NCBI RefSeq assembly: GCF_032444005.1
Contig: NC_091282.1
Coordinates: 735,816,001 to 735,880,000, forward strand
Length of the DNA: 64,000 nt
Reading direction: 5' to 3'
DNA from: Ranitomeya imitator
Taxonomy: Eukaryota
Positions 49,958-62,094 of the stretch are shown here, piece after piece. How positions within the stretch are numbered: the first letter of the stretch is position 1; every line of letters begins with the position of its first letter. Made by a program: the position numbers and the translations under genes. The notes beneath the pieces were generated by a model. That model searched no databases and was not told the DNA's origin. It saw only the letters and a list, made by a program, of their open reading frames with translations.

Positions 49958-52900
49958 CTAATAATTGTATGATACAATATTGTTCTGCTCCAGGAAGACA
50001 TCCAGGCCTCTCTTGAACCCCTCGACTGAGTTTGCCATCACCACCTCCTCAGGCAAGCAATTCCAGATTCTCACTGCCCTAACAGTAAAGAATCCTCTTC
50101 TATGTTGGTGGAAAAACCTTCTCTCCTCCAGACGCAAAGAATGCCCCCTTGTGCCCGTCACCTTCCTTGGTATAAACAGATCCTCAGCGAGATATTTGTA
50201 TTGTCCCCTTATATACTTATACATGGTTATTAGATCGCCCCTCAGTCGTCTTTTTTCTAGACTAAATAATCCTAATTTCGCTAATCTATCTGGGTATTGT
50301 AGTTCTCCCATCCCCTTTATTAATTTTGTTGCCCTCCTTTGTACTCTCTCTAGTTCCATTATATCCTTCCTGAGCACCGGTGCCCAAAACTGGACACAGT
50401 ACTCCATGTGCGGTCTAACTAGGGATTTGTACAGAGGCAGTATAATGCTCTCATCATGTGTATCCAGACCTCTTTTAATGCACCCCATGATCCTGTTTGC
50501 CTTGGCAGCTGCTGCCTGGCACTGGCTGCTCCAGGTAAGTTTATCATTAACTAGGATCCCCAAGTCCTTCTCCCTGTCAGATTTACCCAGTGGTTTCCCG
50601 TTCAGTGTGTAATGGTGATATTGATTCCCTCTTCCCATGTGTATAACCTTACATTTATCATTGTTAAACCTCATCTGCCACCTTTCAGCCCAAGTTTCCA
50701 ACTTATCCAGATCCATCTGTAGCAGAATACTATCTTCTCTTGTATTAACTGCTTTACATAGTTTTGTATCATCTGCAAATATCGATATTTTACTGTGTAA
50801 ACCTTCTACCAGATCATTAATGAATATGTTGAAGAGAACAGGTCCCAATACTGACCCCTGCGGTACCCCACTGGTCACAGCGACCCAGTTTTGAGACTAT
50901 ACCATTTATAACCACCCTCTGCTTTCTATCACTAAGCCAGTTACTAACCCATTTACACACATTTTCCCCCAGACCAAGCATTCTCATTTTGTGTACCAAC
51001 CTCTTGTGCGGCACGGTATCAAACGCTTTGGAAAAATCGAGATATACCACGTCCAATGACTCACCGTGGTCCAGCCTATAGCTTACCTCTTCATAAAAAC
51101 TGATTAGATTGGTTTGACAGGAGCGATTTCTCATAAACCCATGCTGATATGGAGTTAAACAGTTATTCTCATTGAGATAATCCAGAATAACATCCCTCAG
51201 AAACCCTTCAAATATTTTACCAACAATAGAGGTTAGACTTACTGGCCTATAATTTCCAGGTTCACTTTTAGAGCCCTTTTTGAATATTGGCACCACATTT
51301 GCTATGCGCCAGTCCTGCGGAACAGACCCTGTCGCTATAGAGTCACTAAAAATAAGAAATAATGGTTTATCTATTACATTACTTAAGGTACCTTCACACA
51401 TAACGATATTGTTAACGATATCGTTGCTATTTGTGACGTAGCAACGATATCGTTAATGAAATCGTTATGTGTGACAGCGACCAACGATCAGGCCCCTGCT
51501 GGGAGATCGTTGGTCGCTGAATAAAGTCCAGAACTTTATTTCGTCGCTGGACTTCCTGCTGACATCGCTGGATCGGCGTGTGTGACACCGATCCAGCGAT
51601 GTCTTCACTGGTAACCAGGGTAAACATCGGGTAACTAAGCGCAGGGCCGCGCTTAGTAACCCGATGTTTACCCTGGTTACCATGCTAAAAGTAAAAAAAA
51701 ACAAACAGTACATACTTACCTACAGCTGTCTGTCCTCCAGCGCTGCGCTCTGCTCTCCTCCTGTACTGGCTGTGAGCCGGAAAGCAGAGCGGTGACGTCA
51801 CCGCTCTGCTTTCCGGCTCCCAGACAGTACAGGAGGAGTGCAGAGAAGCAGAGCGCAGCGCTGGAGGACAGACGGCTGTAGGTAAGTATGTAGTGTTTGT
51901 TTTTTTTTACTTTTAGCATGGTAACCAGGGTAAACATCGGGTTACTAAGCGCGGCCCTGTGCTTAGTTACCCGATGTTTACCCTGGTTACCGGCATCGTT
52001 GGTCGCTGGAGAGCGGTCTGTGTGACAGCTCTCCAGCGACCAAACAGCGACGCTGCAGCGATCCGGATCGTTGTCGGTATCGCTGCAGCGTCGCTAAATG
52101 TGAAGGGGCCTTTAGTTCTCTTAGTACTCGTGGGTGTATGCCATCCGGACCCGGAGATTTATCTATTTTAATCTTATTTAGCCGGTTTCGCACCTCTTCT
52201 TGGGTTAGATTGGTGACCCTTAATATAGGGTTTTCATTGTTTCTTGGGATTTCACCTAGCATTTCATTTTCCACCGTGAATACCGTGGAGAAGAAGGTGT
52301 TTAATATGTTAGCTTTTTCCTCGTCATCTACAACCATTCTTTCCTCACTATTTTTTAAGGGGCCTACATTTTCAGTTTTTATTCTTTTACTATTGATATA
52401 GTTGAAGAACAGTTTGGGATTAGTTTTACTCTCCTTAGCAATGTGCTTCTCTGTTTCCTTTTTGGCAGCTTTAATTAGTTTTTTAGATAAAGTATTTTTC
52501 TCCCTATAGTTTTTTAGAGCTTCAATGGTGCCATCCTGCTTTAGTAGTGCAAATGCTTTCTTTTTACTGTTAATTGCCTGTCTTACTTCTTTGTTTAGCC
52601 ACATTGGGTTTTTCCTATTTCTAGTCCTTTTATTCCCACAAGGTATAAACCGCTTACACTGCCTATTTAGGATGTTCTTAAACATTTTCCATTTATTATC
52701 TGTATTCTTATTTCTGAGGATATTGTCCCAGTCTACCAGATTAAGGGCATCTCTAAGCTGGTCAAACTTTGCCTTCCTAAAGTTCAGTGTTTTTGTGACT
52801 CCCTGACAAGTCCCCTTAGTGAAAGACAGGTGAAACTGCACAATATTGTGGTCGCTATTTCCTAAATGCCCAACCACCTGCAGATTTGTTATTCTGTCAG

Positions 52901-53468
52901 GTCTATTAGATAGTATTAGGTCTAAAAGTGCTGCTCCTCTGGTTGGATTCTGCACCAATTGTGAAAGATAATTTTTCTTGGTTATTAGCAGAAACCTGTT
53001 GCCTTTATGGGTTTCACAGGTTTCTGTTTCCCAGTTAATATCCGGGTAGTTAAAGTCCCCCATAACCAGGACCTCATTATGGGTTGCAGCTTCATCTATC
53101 TGCTTTAGAAGTAGACTTTCCATGCTTTCTGTTATATTTGGGGGTTTGTAACAGACCCCAATGAGAATTTTGTTACCATTTTTCCCTCCATGAATTTCAA
53201 CCCATATGGACTCGACATCCTCATTCCCTTCGCTAATATCCTCCCTTAAAGTGGACTTTAGACAAGACTTTACATAGAGACAAACCCCTCCTCCTCTCCG
53301 ATTTTTACGATCCTTTCTAAACAGACTGTAACCCTGTAAGTTAACTGCCCAGTCATAGCTTTCATCTAACCATGTCTCGGTTATTCCCACTATGTCAAAG
53401 TTACCTGTAGATATTTCTGCTTCTAGTTCTTCCATCTTGTTTGTCAGGCTTCTGGCGTTTGCGAGCAT
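49958..53468 (-). pseudogene. CR1 ORF2 (APE endonuclease + RT), interrupted by a MITE and one frameshift near 50890
   Basis: [53 protein letters not shown]. Confidence 0.92.
51386..52111. mobile_element. PIF/Harbinger-type MITE inside CR1 ORF2
   Basis: 3-bp TTA TSD (51383-85, 52112-14) and TIRs AGGTACCTTCACAC / ATGTGAAGGGGCCT. Removing it restores ...RVLREL-SNVIDKP... in frame. Confidence 0.85.
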
Positions 53469-53605
53469 GCAGTTTAGAGGATTTTGTTTTGTTCCAATCT
53501 CCTCACTGTGGATTGTTTTAGAAATGTTCTTACCTCCTTTCTGAGTATGTTTTCCTGGGTCGTCTTTGTTCGAGTCTAATGTTTTTCTTCCCGTCCCCTC
53601 TTCTT

Positions 53606-53878
53606 CTAGTTTAACGCCCTCCTGATGAGTGTAGCGAGTCTTCTGGCGAATGTGTGTTTCCCAGGTTTGTTGAGGTGTAGTCCGTCTCTGGCGAGGAGTC
53701 CATCATACCAGTAATTCACACCGTGGTCCAGGAATCCAAATCCTTGTTGTCTGCACCATCGTCTTAGCCAGTTGTTTGCATCAAGGATCCTGTTCCATCT
53801 CCTGGTGCCATGCCCGTCTACTGGAAGGATAGAAGAAAAAACTACCTGTGCATCCAGTTCCTTTACTTTCTTCCCCAA
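53606..53878 (-). CDS. CR1 ORF1 C-terminal SGNH esterase-like remnant
   Basis: VVFSSILP...NNWLRRWC...GFGFLDHG...DGLHLN (DxxH). Confidence 0.8.
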   Translation of the reverse strand: MGKKVKELDAQVVFSSILPVDGHGTRRWNRILDANNWLRRWCRQQGFGFLDHGVNYWYDGLLARDGLHLNKPGKHTFARRLATLIRRALN

Positions 53879-53887
53879 CTCTTCAAA

Positions 53888-54435
53888 GGTATGGTGTTTG
53901 ATGGATGCAACTCAGTATTCTTTTTCCTCCAAACACGACAAGTTGTGTTTCTACCAAACAGTTCCAGTTTGGTTTCATCAGACCATAGGACATTCTCCCA
54001 AAACTCCTCTGGATCATCCAAATGCTCTCTAGCAAACTTCAGACGGGCCCGGACATGTACTGGCTTAAGCAGTGGGACACGTCTGGCACTGCAGGATCTG
54101 AGTCCATGGTGGCGTAGTGTGTTACTTATGGTAGGCCTTGTTACATTGGTCCCAGCTCTCTGCAGTTCATTCACTAGGTCCCCCCGCATGGTTCTGGGAT
54201 TTTTGCTCACCGTTCTTGTGATCATTCTGACCCCACGGGGTGGGATTTTGCGTGGAGCCCCAGATCGAGGGAGATTATCAGTGGTCTTGTATGTCTTCCA
54301 TTTTCTAATTATTGCTCCCACTGTTGATTTCTTCACTCCAAGCTGGTTGGCTATTGCAGATTCAGTCTTCCCAGCCTGGTGCAGGGCTACAATTTTGTTT
54401 CTGGTGTCCTTTGATAGCTCTTTGGTCTTCACCAT
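53888..54435 (-). CDS. Tc1 transposase, N-terminal half
   Basis: MVKTKELS...HTH, GAPRK, VLWSDETK...HPSNTIP. Continues in frame with TVKHGG once the CR1 is removed. Confidence 0.9.
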
Positions 54436-55620
54436 AGTGGAGTTTGGAGTCAGACTGTTTGAGGCTGTGCACAGGTGTCTTTTTATACTGATAACAAGTT
54501 TAAACAGGAGCCATTACTACAGGTAATGAGTGGAGGAAAGAGGAGACTCTTAAAGAAGAAGTTACAGGTCTGTGAGAGCCAGAAATCTTGATTGTTTGTT
54601 TCTGACCAAATACTTATTTTCCACCATAAAATGCAAAAAAAATGTTAAAAAAACAGACAATGTGATTTTCTGGATTTTTTTTTCTCAGTTTGTCTCCCAT
54701 AGTTGAGGTCTACCTATGATGTAAATTACAGACGCCTCTCATCTTTTTAAGTGGTGGAACTTGCACTATTGCTGACTGACTAAATACTTTTTTGCCCCAC
54801 TGTATATATTATACAAGCATTGTTTTGCTGTTTCAAATGATGTTTTGGGGGTACTAGCATGTTGGTAACCCACTTTTCTTGTACTGCTGTGGTATCTGCT
54901 GTGATTTTCTATATAAGAGTTTGAACAAAGATATATTTTATTACATTGGCCTTGTGTGAAGTTATCCGTCTTGGTTTTCATATGTATTGCTTCATGGCCG
55001 TTTAAGGGATTGATTCGGTGTTTGTCTGCTTCAAAGAAGCGACATGCACTTTTCCCTTTTTTTTTTCCATCAAGCGTTTTTCCATATCTCTTCAGGAGGA
55101 AAAAAAGCTAAAAAAATACTTGCATGAGCAGCAAAGTGAATTTCCCATAGAAATGAATTGGAAAAGTTTCCCAAGAGTTTTTGAGTTTGATTTTGAAAAG
55201 GATCTGTGTCAAAATATGTCTATAAGACTCAGTGTGAACATGGTCTAAGGGTATATGCACCCAGTCTTTTTTTTTAATTTTTTTTTAGGCATTTCTTCTC
55301 TGTAATCTGCCAGAAAAAGCGCTTACTATGCATTACCAAGAACATAATGCACTACAATGTAAATGCGACATTGTTGTGCACACATCAGTCTTTGCTACTT
55401 CTTTTAACCGCTTCAGGGTTCAGAAACAGTGAAGTAGTTGCAAGAAGCAGCATGTCCGTCCTTCAGGCGGCTTCCGCTATAGTTTGCTAAGCTGCAAGCA
55501 GCGGTGCTGCCACAAAACCTATAGCGAGACCACCAGCGAAGCAGCTTCATGCAAAAGACTGCCAACTAATTAAAGTGGCTTTGTCGGCGTCTTCAAGACA
55601 TCGTGTACCCATATCCTTAA

Positions 55621-56743
55621 AGTGAACCTCTCAGAGGGATTGTGCACAGTAACCTACACAGTATCAGGTTGGCGCCGTTATACTGATTACAATGATACCT
55701 GGGTTGATGAAATCTGTCTTGTGGTTGTTGTTTATTCTTTATTTTCAGTTTTGTGTTAATGATATGCCCGTGCTCCGGGGCGGCCTGTGGGGGTCTTCAT
55801 GTGGTGCTCCGATTAGGTATTCATCTGGATCCCTCACTGACCTGCCTCCTATTTTACATACTGTATATCTTATTGTTTGAAAAAATAATCACATTCATTA
55901 TGCAGCCTGTGCTGTAGCATGATACGATCTATAATATCCATATTTTCATTTGATTTTGTCATATAAATTTCTTAAGGGAGAAAAAAAATATCAATCAAAA
56001 TGGCGACAGCGGCCGTGCCTGCGCAGTAGCATCCTTTTTGCTAGAGAATTATTTGGGGCTCCATCAAAATGGTGCTGGTGGCACCCGTGCAGTAGCATCT
56101 ATTGGAACGATGCTATTGCACAGGCGCCACCGTCGCCATCTTAACGGAGCCTAATTTTTTTTCTCTACCAAAATGGCACCTGCGCAGTAGCATCTATCAC
56201 AGTCCAATAAATGCTACTGCGCAGGGGCAGCTGGTGCCATCTTGATTTTTTTTCTGTAGCAAAATGACGCCTGTGCAGTAGCATCTATCGCGTTCCGAAT
56301 GATGCTACTACACAGGCACTGCCGCTGACTCCATTTTGATTAAGATTATATGTTTTTTTTTTCTCTCAAGAAATTCACATGACAAAATCAAATGAAAGTA
56401 TGGATATTATTGATCGTATCGTGCTACAGCACAGCCTGCATGAGGAATGTATTTTATTTTTTCAAACAATAAGATATACAGTATGTAAAATATGGGGGAG
56501 GTCAATGTAGGATCAGTGACCTGTCAGAAGCCATACTGGTGAATAGCTAATGAGAGCACCACATGAAGACCCTCCACAGGCCGCCCCGGAGCACAGGCAT
56601 ATCATTAACTCAGAACTGAAAATAAAGATTAAGCAACAACCACAAGACAGATTTCATCACCAGGTATCATTGTAATCAGTATAATGGCGCCGACCTGACA
56701 CTGTCTGTAGGTTACTGTGCACAATCCTGCTGACAGGCTCCCT
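55621..56743. mobile_element. T2/Kolobok-type MITE with nested internal inverted repeats
   Basis: TTAA at 55617-20 and 56744-47. Inverted arms (ggattgtgcacagtaacctac...). Internal gcgcagtagcatc inverted repeats at 55960-56400. Confidence 0.75.
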
Positions 56744-57612
56744 TTAAGCGGAATTCACCAGTCAGCCCCCCCTCCCCCTGCTCCCCATAGGCCCAAAAGA
56801 TTGATTTATTTTTAATCAGTGTTCTGATCCAACTATATCCGTTTATGGTTTGTGGGGCATCCATTTTTCTGTTATGCAAATAAATGTTTCCTAAACTTTA
56901 GGGTAAATGAACAGCATGCTGCACAACTCCGATGGCATCCGTCTTACCAATTTTTTTTTTCTTTGAATGGGTGAGTTTTGGCGCCGCTTACTTCTATCCA
57001 ATATTCAAACCTTTTTTCTTATGCAAGGCATCGTTCAGTTGAAAAACCACACATTTCTATATCCTATTCCCCAATATATATTCTCCATAGAATACATGAA
57101 GACCTGATGTGTGAATGAGCCCCTACTGTAGGGTTTGTAGCTGAAGGTTTCTATATCTGCTGTGCTGCCTACTACGGCCACTTGCTCTTACTCTTCTATA
57201 TTTCTTGAAGAAGGAAAGAGAAGTTTACAGGACAGAACACACACCATGTATACTTTGTTGTTTTCTTGTGATAGTGACTCCCCTTCTTTTGACCATGTTT
57301 GTATGATTTGTAACCAGCAGCCAGAGGAGATCCGTGCAGACCTCTGGTCAATCAAATGATGTCAGCCTGTCCACATGAGCTGCAGAACTGCCGGAGTCTG
57401 AGCTTTGCTCTCCGAATTACTACAGACCCACTGGGATCCATTCACTGCAGTAATTATTGGGAATCTGGAAACAACCATCATGGATTTACTAGGATCATAA
57501 ATGATCTTTTAGAAACATTTAAAAGACAAGAGTGAAGATCTTAAAATTGTAATCCTCTGTGGGAAGGGGGTGACTTAACTATTTGGTAACTTTTTCATTA
57601 TTTGTCCAAATA

Positions 57613-57758
57613 NNNNNNNNNNNNNNNNNNNNNNNNNNNNNNNNNNNNNNNNNNNNNNNNNNNNNNNNNNNNNNNNNNNNNNNNNNNNNNNNNNNNNNNN
57701 NNNNNNNNNNNNNNNNNNNNNNNNNNNNNNNNNNNNNNNNNNNNNNNNNNNNNNNNNN
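57613..57758. other. Assembly gap (others at 2526-2655 and 2715-2907)
   Basis: Runs of N. Confidence 0.99.
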
Positions 57759-59218
57759 CAGTACGCATGAAAATAAGAAATCTGTATTGATTGACGGATT
57801 TTTACTGAGATAGAAGATGACAGTTGATGCTGATATAGTTCTATAGAACTTGCAGTGGAATGTGTGCAATGTTCCTCCAGCTCCTCCCCCTCCATAAAAT
57901 TTTAAAAGCACAAGCTGTCACCTCTGATCTCAAGAACGGAATTGAGAATGACTAGTCCAGGAGGAGAAAGAATCTGATTCCTATAAGGTTTATTACAAAG
58001 TTGCTTAGTTTCATCATTTTTAATTTATCAAATAAAAATTATAATGTTGGTTACTCTTTAACTACATTCAGTCCTCAAAAAAAAAAAAATAAAACCCATG
58101 CTGAAATATGAGGTCATTTGCTTTGCTACGCTAAGCTGCTATAATCTGCTAATTATGTGTTAATAAGAGGAGGCTTGTAAGGCACTATATGGATTGTAAA
58201 CCATGGCAGATCTGTCACTGACCAGAGAAAGTGCATTCCCGGATGGATGTGGAATGTGACATATCTCCTCCAGCGAACAGTAATTATGTCCTTGTTATAT
58301 GGCCCAGCTCTACAGGGGATAATGGTGAATTATCCCCTTGTAGCTGAAGTAGTTTTCCTGCAAGTCTAAGTCATGTAAGTGGAAGGATCCTTATAAGACG
58401 GAATATAAACCAGCTCAGCCGTGATGCATAAGCTGAGTTTCGGGAGCATGGACCGGCTGTGTCCAGGCGTGTAGAATCCAAAAGAAGAAAATGTCCAGTT
58501 TCACCGAATCCATGAAAAAAAGTTTTCTTTATTCACAAACTTAACTATGGAGGATACAAACTTCAGCACAAACCATATGGGTAAGAAACTCAACACGTTT
58601 CTGGAGACTAACCTCCCTTAATCATGATAATTTTTTTCTACAGACAAATAATTACAATAGTCTCATTGATGTTGCAGAGACTGTGTGATTTCCAATGGAA
58701 CATTAGTATGTGCCCCCCATCCGCAATACAGATAAGCTTATGGTACTGTTTATGTGATTGGCTCTTAAAAGGAAATCTGTCAGTAGGATCGATGCTCATG
58801 TGGGTATGTCAAGAGACGGGACAAAAATACAGCTTTGGTGACAAAAAAAAAAAATTGCCTACTCTTCAAAGGATTGAAATACTAAAAAATAGAATTATTC
58901 TTACCGTTAATTCGGTTTCTAGTAACCCACCATGACCGCACACCTGGAGGATGTTACCCCTTTCCTAATAGGGACAGGAAATGACAAGAGGTTAAATAAC
59001 CCCTCCCTCATCCTCCCCCTCTGTTATTATAAAGGACCACAGGAGAAGGAATGCTTCAAATTATATTTATTCTTTACAGAACATATATCAAGCAAAGGGA
59101 GGGATTACTCTTGCTGTCGTGGCGGGTTACTAGAAACCGAATTAACGGTAAGAATAATTCTATTTTCTCTAGTAACCCCCCGCGACAGCACACCTGGAGC
59201 AGTACCCAAGAGTAACAT

Positions 59219-60381
59219 TTAGGGAGGGACTATAGCTCTAACAATTTTTTCTCCGAAGGCTAAGTCTTCTTTTGACATCAGGTCCAGCCTGTAATGTTTG
59301 GAGAACGTATGGACCGAGGACCACGTAGCAGCTCTGCATATTTGCTCAATGGAAGCACTGGCTTTTTCGGCCCAGGAGACAGCTGTTGCCCTAGTAGAAT
59401 GAGCTGTGAGTGGAAGGCCTTGAATCTGATAAGCCTCCAGGATTGCTCTTTTGATCCAATTCGCAATTGTAGATTTGGAAGTCTTCTTCCCCTTATTCTG
59501 GCCGAGAAGATGAATAAACCGATTCTGATCCTTTCTAATCTTCTCTGAAGCTTGAAGATAATAAAGTACCGTTCTCCGAACATCCAAAGTATGGAAATGT
59601 TCCTCTTCCTCATTCTTTGGTTCCTAATAGAAAGAAGGAAGAATTATCTCCTGCGACTTGTGGAAATCAGAGACGACTTTTGGGAGAAAGGATGGATCCA
59701 ATCGCAGGATAAGCCTGTCCTGTAGAATCTTCATGTAGAGTTCATTGATTGACAAGGCTTGTAGTTCTCCAACTCTTCTGGCTGTTGTTATAGCTACCAG
59801 GAAGGTGGTCTTCCAGGCGAGTTTATCCATACTTATTGATGACAAGGGCTCAAACAGTGGAAGTGGAAGTCCTTTCAGGACTATATTCAGGTCCCAGGAT
59901 GGGACTATATTTATGGGTCTTGGAGATATGCGGGATGCCGCCGTCATAAATCGTCTTACCCATCTATGGTCGGCTAAAGATTGGTCAAAATAAGAGCTCA
60001 GGGCTGCCACCTGTACCTTGAGGGTGCTGGGTCTGAGACTTTTTTCCAGCCCATCCTGTAAAAAATCCAGGATCCTGACTAGGTTCGGTCTGTCTGGGTT
60101 AGGCCGTTCAGAAGCACACCATGTGATAAAGGTCTTCCAGATTTTTGGTAGATAGAATTGGTTACTGTTTTTCGGCTGTTTTGTAGTGTCTTAATGACTT
60201 TCTTTGATAGCCCTCTGGTCCTCAGAATTGAGAATTCAGAAGCCAGGCATTCAGGTGTAACCTCTCGGGATCTGGATGGAGTATTGGCCCTTGGTAGAGA
60301 AGGTTCTTGACCGGAGGAAGTGTTATTGGTCCATCTATTTTTAGGCTGATGAGGGTCCCGAACCAGCTTCTTTTGAGCCAA
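59219..60381 (-). pseudogene. DIRS tyrosine recombinase (fragmented)
   Basis: TTARRVGELQAL, AHSTRA and TFSKHY motifs across ORFs 59624-60010 and 59219-59587. Confidence 0.85.
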
Positions 60382-61977
60382 ATGGAGCCACCAAGATCAC
60401 CTTGAGTTTCTCTGCCCTTATCTTCTGTAGGACTCTTGGTAGGACTGGTAATGGAGGAAAAGCATACGCCAGTGTAAATGTCCATGGTTGGGCCAATGCA
60501 TCCACAGCTAGCCCCGGATTGATTGGATCTAGCGAGAAAAACTGGTCTAACTTTGTGTTTTGACTGTTTGCGAACAGGTCCACTTCTGGCTGTCCCCATC
60601 TTCTGACCAGTATCTGAAAGACTTCCGGGTCTAGGCTCCATTCTCCTGGATGGATCTTTGTCCTGCTCAGGAAGTCGGCCTGTATATTTATTTCTCCATT
60701 TATATGTAGGGCAGATAGAGAGAGAACATGATCCTCGGCCCACGAAAATATTCTCGCTGATATTGTTTTTAGATCCTCGTGTCTTGTACTTCCCTGATGG
60801 CGAAGGTGGGCAACTGTTGTCATGTTGTCCGAGTATATATTTATATGGGAATTCTGAACAAGAGTTACTGCTGCCTTGAGAACTTCTACCGCTTTTAGTT
60901 CTTTGAAGTTCGAGGATTGCTGGCTTATTTCGGTTGACCAGTATCCCTGGAATATGTGCTGGTCTACCGTAGCTCCCCAACCTTTTCCGCTGGCATCTAC
61001 TGTTATAGTCACCACTGGGTCCTGCAACCAGGGAACTCCTCTTAAGTTCTCCTTCTGTAGCCACCATGTCAATGAGGACCTTGCGTGCGGTGGTATTCGG
61101 ATCTTTTTGTCTAGAGAATCTTGACAAAATATGAGTTTGGAGTATTCTGGTGTGGGCTTGTGCCCATGCCACCATCTGGATGCATGATATCATGGTCCCC
61201 AGAACCGACATAGCCCATCTTAGAGATACTATCTTTTTGTCTTGCAACATTCTTATCTTCGATGTAAGCAGGGTCCGTTTTTGTTCGGGTAAGAAAGATG
61301 TTTGGTTGTGAGAGTCTAACAGGGCTCCTAAGAAAATCTTTGCTGTTGATGGAACCATATCTGATTTTTTTGGGGTTTACTACCCAGCCTAGAGATGACA
61401 AGATCTGGACTGTCGTTTGAAGATGCTCCTGTAGAATCGGAACCGTGGGGGCCACTACCAAGAGGTCGTCGAGGTACAGGATTATGCATATCTGCCGACC
61501 TCTGATGTAGGCCATTACTTCGGACATGATCTTTGTGAAGATCCTTGGGGCCGAGGACAGACCAAATGGGACATTGAACTGAAAGTGATCTATGTCTTTT
61601 CCTCTGGTGACCGCAAATCTTAGGAATTTCCGATAAGTTGGATGGATTGGGACTTGATAATAAGCGTCCTGTAAATCTATAGACGCCATGACGAAGTCTT
61701 GCCCTATTAAGGGTACTGTCGATCTGACGGACTCCATCCTGAATCTTCTGTAGGTTACATATTGATTCAGGGGTTTCAGGTTGATTATCATCCGATGGGT
61801 TCTATTTGGTTTTCTTATCAGGAATAGGTTGGAATAATGACCTCTGTTCCTCTCGTGTTCCGGGACTATGGAGATCACATTGTTGGCTAAGAGATCCTGT
61901 ACTCCCGCTATCAACGTGGATTGTCGCTTTGGTGTAGATAACGTTGTTGTCTTTAATCTTTTTGGGGGATATGACAT
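60341..61977 (-). pseudogene. DIRS RT - RNase H - methyltransferase-like ORF (frameshifted)
   Basis: SIDLQDAY, PFGLSSAP, YLDDLL; TVDASGKGWG, YSDN; EVDLFA, YAFPP. Confidence 0.88.
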
Positions 61978-62094
61978 AAACTATCTTTATCCCCTCTCTG
62001 ACCAATCTTAAAGTCCACTGATCTACGCAGATCTCTTGCCAGTATGGGAGGAAGTTTCAGATTCGACAACCCCCCCTCCCCCACCGTGATAGCG

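Larger units (their letters stand above)
49853..53887 (-). mobile_element. CR1 LINE, 5'-truncated within ORF1
   Basis: 3' (TAACATAG)n tail at 49853-49868; ORF2 with APE and RT; ORF1 remnant; AGGTA shared at both junctions (49850-54, 53887-91). Confidence 0.95.
49161..54802 (-). mobile_element. Tc1 transposon with both long TIRs, split by a CR1 insertion
   Basis: TA TSD (49159-60, 54803-04). TIR CAGTGGGGCAAAAAAGTATTTAG at both ends, extending ~200 bp. Confidence 0.95.

Noticed and set aside
53810-54526. 238-aa + strand ORF
   Set aside because: It is the antisense shadow of the Tc1 transposase.
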